A DNA stretch of 63,938 nt, filler included, from Octopus bimaculoides (taxonomy: Eukaryota), in NCBI RefSeq assembly GCF_001194135.2. It is 6 parts of 6 records of this genome, joined end to end, with 100 filler letters (N's around TTAATTAATTAA, not from the genome) between each part and the next. Parts side by side here need not be neighbours in the genome. Positions count along the whole stretch, not along the records: positions 60,535 to 63,938 come from NC_069008.1; 5 more parts are not named here. The stretch is one strand, 5' to 3'. A program made the position numbers and the translations under genes. A model generated the notes under the pieces. It was not told where the DNA came from and did no database searches. It saw nothing but the letters and a program-made list of their open reading frames with translations. Of the stretch, positions 60,535 through 63,938 are shown piece by piece; the first letter of the stretch is position 1; each line of letters begins with the position of its first letter.

Positions 60535-60694
60535 CTGGCCGCCGCCGCCACCCATGCCGGGTGGGCCCCCTCCGCCACGGCCCCGCCCGCGCATGCCCCT
60601 CTGTGGGCCACGTCCACCACCACCTCGGAACTTGCCACTGCCGCCACGACCACCACTGCCTCTGGACCGCAGTCCTCCTCTGCCTCGGAAGCGA
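60535..60694 (-). CDS. Coding exon of an RGG/RG-rich (probably RNA-binding) protein, truncated by a gap
   Basis: Strong acceptor gtctttcttttctctttctcttcag|T; RFRGRGGLRSRGSGGRGGSGKFRGGGGRGPQRGMRGRGRGGGGPPGMGGGGQ; GC-rich with varied synonymous Gly/Arg codons, unlike a microsatellite. Confidence 0.75.
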
Positions 60695-60914
60695 CTGAAG
60701 AGAAAGAGAAAAGAAAGACAATATATATATATATACATATATATACTCTACACATCAGTGGCTGGAAGTAAATCATTTATGTTATTACAATTTAAAAAAA
60801 AATATAAATAAACCATTAATTTTAAATAATTATAAGAGTCATATCATTGAAATAAATTATTATTATTATTATTATTCCGATTATTTAGGTATCAAATTCA
60901 TAATATCATTTACA

Positions 60915-61085
60915 GTGCCAGAAAAATGCTTAGCAACATTTTCACTTTATATTCTGAGTTCAAATTCTGCCATGGTTGACTTTACCTTTCATGGGTTAAT
61001 AAAACAAGTATCACTCAAGTACATGGAGGGAGTGATATAATCAACTTGACTTTCTCCCACCAAAGATTGCTGGCCATGAGCCAAA
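60915..61085 (+). mobile_element. SINE-B, decayed
   Basis: aaatgcttagcaacatttt...ctgagttcaaattctgccatggttgactttacctttcat. Confidence 0.7.
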
Positions 61086-61089
61086 ATTT

Positions 61090-61500
61090 GAGACCATTAT
61101 TAATATTATTATCATTATTATTATTATTATTATTGTTCAGTAGTTTTATTTTTATAACGTGCTTTCACTTCACTACCGAGCGCAACTCTGTGCGCCTTGG
61201 GTATGTGCTGTGGTTTGCTGTGGTGCTCTTATGTTTACTGTATTGAAAGTGTTTTGCGTAGAATGTAGTGCAATTTTCTGTATGTTATATATATTTGTAA
61301 GTCCTGCTATTTTTGTTATGTATTTGTCTGAATATTTTTTTATTATACCTAAGGCACCTACTATGATAGCAATTGTTTCTGTTTTTAGACTCCACATTCG
61401 AGTTAATTCTATTTCCAGGTCTTTGTATTTCGAAAGTTTCTCCATTTCTTTTAGAGAAACGTTGTCATCTGCTGGTATTGATACATCAATTAGAAAGCAT
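61090..61500 (-). mobile_element. R4/Dong-like (restriction-like endonuclease) non-LTR element 3' end
   Basis: CFLIDVSIPADDNVSLKEMEKLSKYKDLEIELTRMWSLKT...IIVGALG...IQKIAL, then a 3' UTR and (AAT)n tail. Confidence 0.85.
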
Positions 61501-61504
61501 TTTT

Positions 61505-61950
61505 ATTACTATTATTATTACTAAGTGAGAAAGCAGTGCTTGCCATCAAAGTGACAGTGGGGTACAAGTATATGAAGCCTAATAAACCCACCATGACTGT
61601 CTGATAAAGGTACAACAGGTGACTGCATCACAACCATATGTGATCACCATGGTGATCTCATATCAAAATAACGAGCGCATGACCTTGCAGGTGGGGTTCA
61701 GTCAGAATTTCTTTTCTGGTTGAGTGGCCCATCCTGCTCAAAAGGTCCCTGAATAAGGGTTGTCTAAGGTTGATGAATGAAACACCCACGTTTCCAGAGG
61801 TGAATTATTCAGTTTCTGTCTACAAAATCCACTCGCAAGGCTTTAGTCGGCCCAAGGCTACAGTAGAGACACTTGCTCAAGGTACTGTGCAGTGGGACTG
61901 AACTCTGAACCATGTGTCTGGGAAGCAAGCTTCTTACCACACAGACACAC
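61505..61950 (-). mobile_element. Unclassified retroposon with (TAA)n tail, plus SINE-A head (61812-61950)
   Basis: ...cactgctttctcacttagtaataataat tail on the minus strand; then aaatccactcgcaaggc...gcaagcttcttaccacacag. Confidence 0.55.
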
Positions 61951-63122
61951 CAAGAATAAATTTACGTTAAGGAGTGAGACATACAATTTCCAGTTATTCA
62001 AATAGCCCCATGGTCCCAGCAGACAAAATGGAAAAGGTGTGACCCCACAGAATGGCAATGGGGACGTGCTGGAACAGCCACTCTCACTCATAGGGGTCAC
62101 ACTTGCAGATAGTCCATCCATTATCGTTATTTTAACGGTTTCTGATTCAGGTATGATGAGTTCAGCAATTATGAAGGGGGTGGGGGGTGTTAGTATTGAT
62201 GACATTGATCCATGTACTTGATTGACACATTTTATCAACCCTCTGGGGGTGAAGGACAACGTTCACCCCAGTAGGATTTGAGCCCAGAATGTAAGTAATA
62301 TCAACAACAATAATAACAACTTTACTTTTTTACATAAATAAAAACATGGTGTAACAAAATTTTAATTTTCGTTTTTTGTCTTTGGTCAATACCACAATTT
62401 TGCTTGTCTTTGGTCAATAATTGTCATTTTCTTTTTTGCTTCTATTTAGAAATTGAAGGAAATGACTATTATTCCCTCCAAACTTTGCTTTTGTCACTTG
62501 GATGTCAATGTTTTGAAACTGACCTACTATTCCATTACATTTCAGATAGATTCAGCACTGGTTTGCTCAAGCAGAAATATCATTGTAGCAAATATTCTGC
62601 TCAGTACAACAGATTTGCTTGTCAGCTGCTTGGCTTTAACGACTCGAGCATGTCCTTCAGTGGCTGACGATATGTGCATCTCTGATCATGAGCAGGAGTA
62701 GTGGAGGAAGCATCATAGCCATGTGTTGAGAGGGATTCTTTGGGGTTTGAATAAATGTAACAAAGGCAAAGTTTGAAGGAAATATTAGTTGTTTTCCATA
62801 CCTTCTTGGGGTAAAGCAAGAAGGAAATAACAGTTGCTACCCAAGGAAACAAAATCATGTTATATATTATAATTAGTTCTTTTAGGGTTTCCACAGAGAT
62901 AATTGTAATGGAAACAACAGCAACAACGAAATAAAAAACAACAGAGAAAAGAAGACACAGAGATTTGAGCAGAATGGAGGCAGATTTAGAGAAGATGGCA
63001 GCAGGTTTAAATCAAGAAACCTTGGAGCAAATGCAAGCATTTTTCTTTCTTTGTTTTTCAATTGAAACCCTATTCAACTCTCTATTCAATGTGCATACAC
63101 ATACGCACACACAGACATGCAG

Positions 63123-63158
<36 letters not shown>

Positions 63159-63267
63159 ATACGGGGTGCAGTGAATATATTGTCGTCTAAATTACGGAAA
63201 AATGAAAATAACACTGACATCTCATTTTAACAGATATATTAACCGAAATTATCTAAAAAATATCTTG

Positions 63268-63410
63268 AAGGAGTGGCTGTGTGGTAAGTAGCTTGCTTAC
63301 CAACCACATGGTTCGAGGTTCAGTCCCACTGCGTGGCACCTTTGGCAAGTATCTTCCACCATAGCCTTGTGAGTGGATTTGGTAGATGGAAACTGAAAGC
63401 CCGTCGTATA
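63268..63410 (+). mobile_element. SINE-A head
   Basis: aggagtggctgtgtggtaagtagcttgcttaccaaccacatggttcgaggttcagtcccactgcgtggcacc. Confidence 0.9.
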
Positions 63411-63430
63411 TATGTATGTATAAATGTATG

Positions 63431-63460
<30 letters not shown>

Positions 63461-63462
<2 letters not shown>

Positions 63463-63938
63463 CGCTGATGACACAAAACTATCTCAGGCAATAAAGAATC
63501 CTGATGATATTGTAAGCCTGCAGAATGACCTAAATGCAATATACAAGTGGGCAGAGCAAAATAAATTGCAGTTCAATGCAAAAAAATTTCAAGTACTGCG
63601 CTACAATGCCACAAGTGCCTCCCAACTGGCATACACAGGGCCTGGAGGTACTGCAATCCCAGAACCACAAACAGTGAGAGATCTGGGCATCAACATGTGT
63701 AGTGATGCATCATTTCACATGCACATTATGACTGGGTCCTCAAGCAGCTACTTGACCATTCAAATGTTGATGTGATATATCTCGACTTTGCAAAAGCCTT
63801 TGACAAAGTTGATCATGGCTTGATATGTCACAAGCTGCGAAACCTTGGCATAGCTGGTAAATTAGGAGAGTGGCTGCATGACTTCCTGAATGGTAGAAGT
63901 CAGACAGTTGCAGCCAATGGAGAACTATCTAGGGAAAC
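63461..63938 (+). mobile_element. CR1-clade LINE RT, two pieces in permuted order
   Basis: YADDTKLSQ...VRDLGI...FHMHI (63461-63727) followed by the normally upstream YDWVLKQL...VIYLDFAKAFDKVDH...GEWLHDFL (63723-63938). Confidence 0.9.

Noticed and set aside
60554-60811. Proline-rich plus-strand ORF (MPGGPPPPRPRP...)
   Set aside because: It is the antisense shadow of the RGG exon; only the minus strand has a splice acceptor.
61858-62259. 133-aa minus-strand ORF as an upstream exon of the RGG gene
   Set aside because: No convincing splice sites or recognisable domain; the opposite strand is open in the same register and the ORF runs into a SINE.

Overview
This window is AT-rich, microsatellite-laden eukaryotic DNA. 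The repeat families I recognise point to an octopus (coleoid cephalopod) genome; that is an inference, not a database result. It consists of six segments joined by artificial 100-bp linkers (44 N + TTAATTAATTAA + 44 N), plus many ordinary N gaps. Almost all of it is intron/intergenic sequence filled with decayed mobile elements: at least three tRNA-type SINE families; RTE, CR1-clade and R4/Dong-like LINE fragments; Penelope-like elements (RT, GIY-YIG, pseudo-LTRs carrying hammerhead-ribozyme motifs); a Tc1 transposase remnant; and hAT- and piggyBac-like MITEs. The only well-supported host coding sequence is a minus-strand RGG-box exon at 60535-60694, cut by a gap. Weaker candidates are a 9-nt microexon (42496-42504, -) and a short start exon (36999-37017, +). 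The most unusual objects are: (1) a ~2.1-kb retroelement (57247-59385, -) that encodes only a Tx1/L1-type ORF1 (zinc knuckle), runs straight into a 3' UTR with no ORF2, and sits inside a SINE head; (2) a minimal hammerhead with a compensatory U3-A8 core at 34089-34131, plus two other hammerhead-like cores; (3) several near-perfect fold-back or long-range inverted repeats. No CRISPR array, rRNA or intact tRNA gene was seen. Most ORFs in the supplied track are microsatellite or N-gap artefacts. Repeat boundaries are read by eye and are approximate unless a TSD/TIR is quoted.
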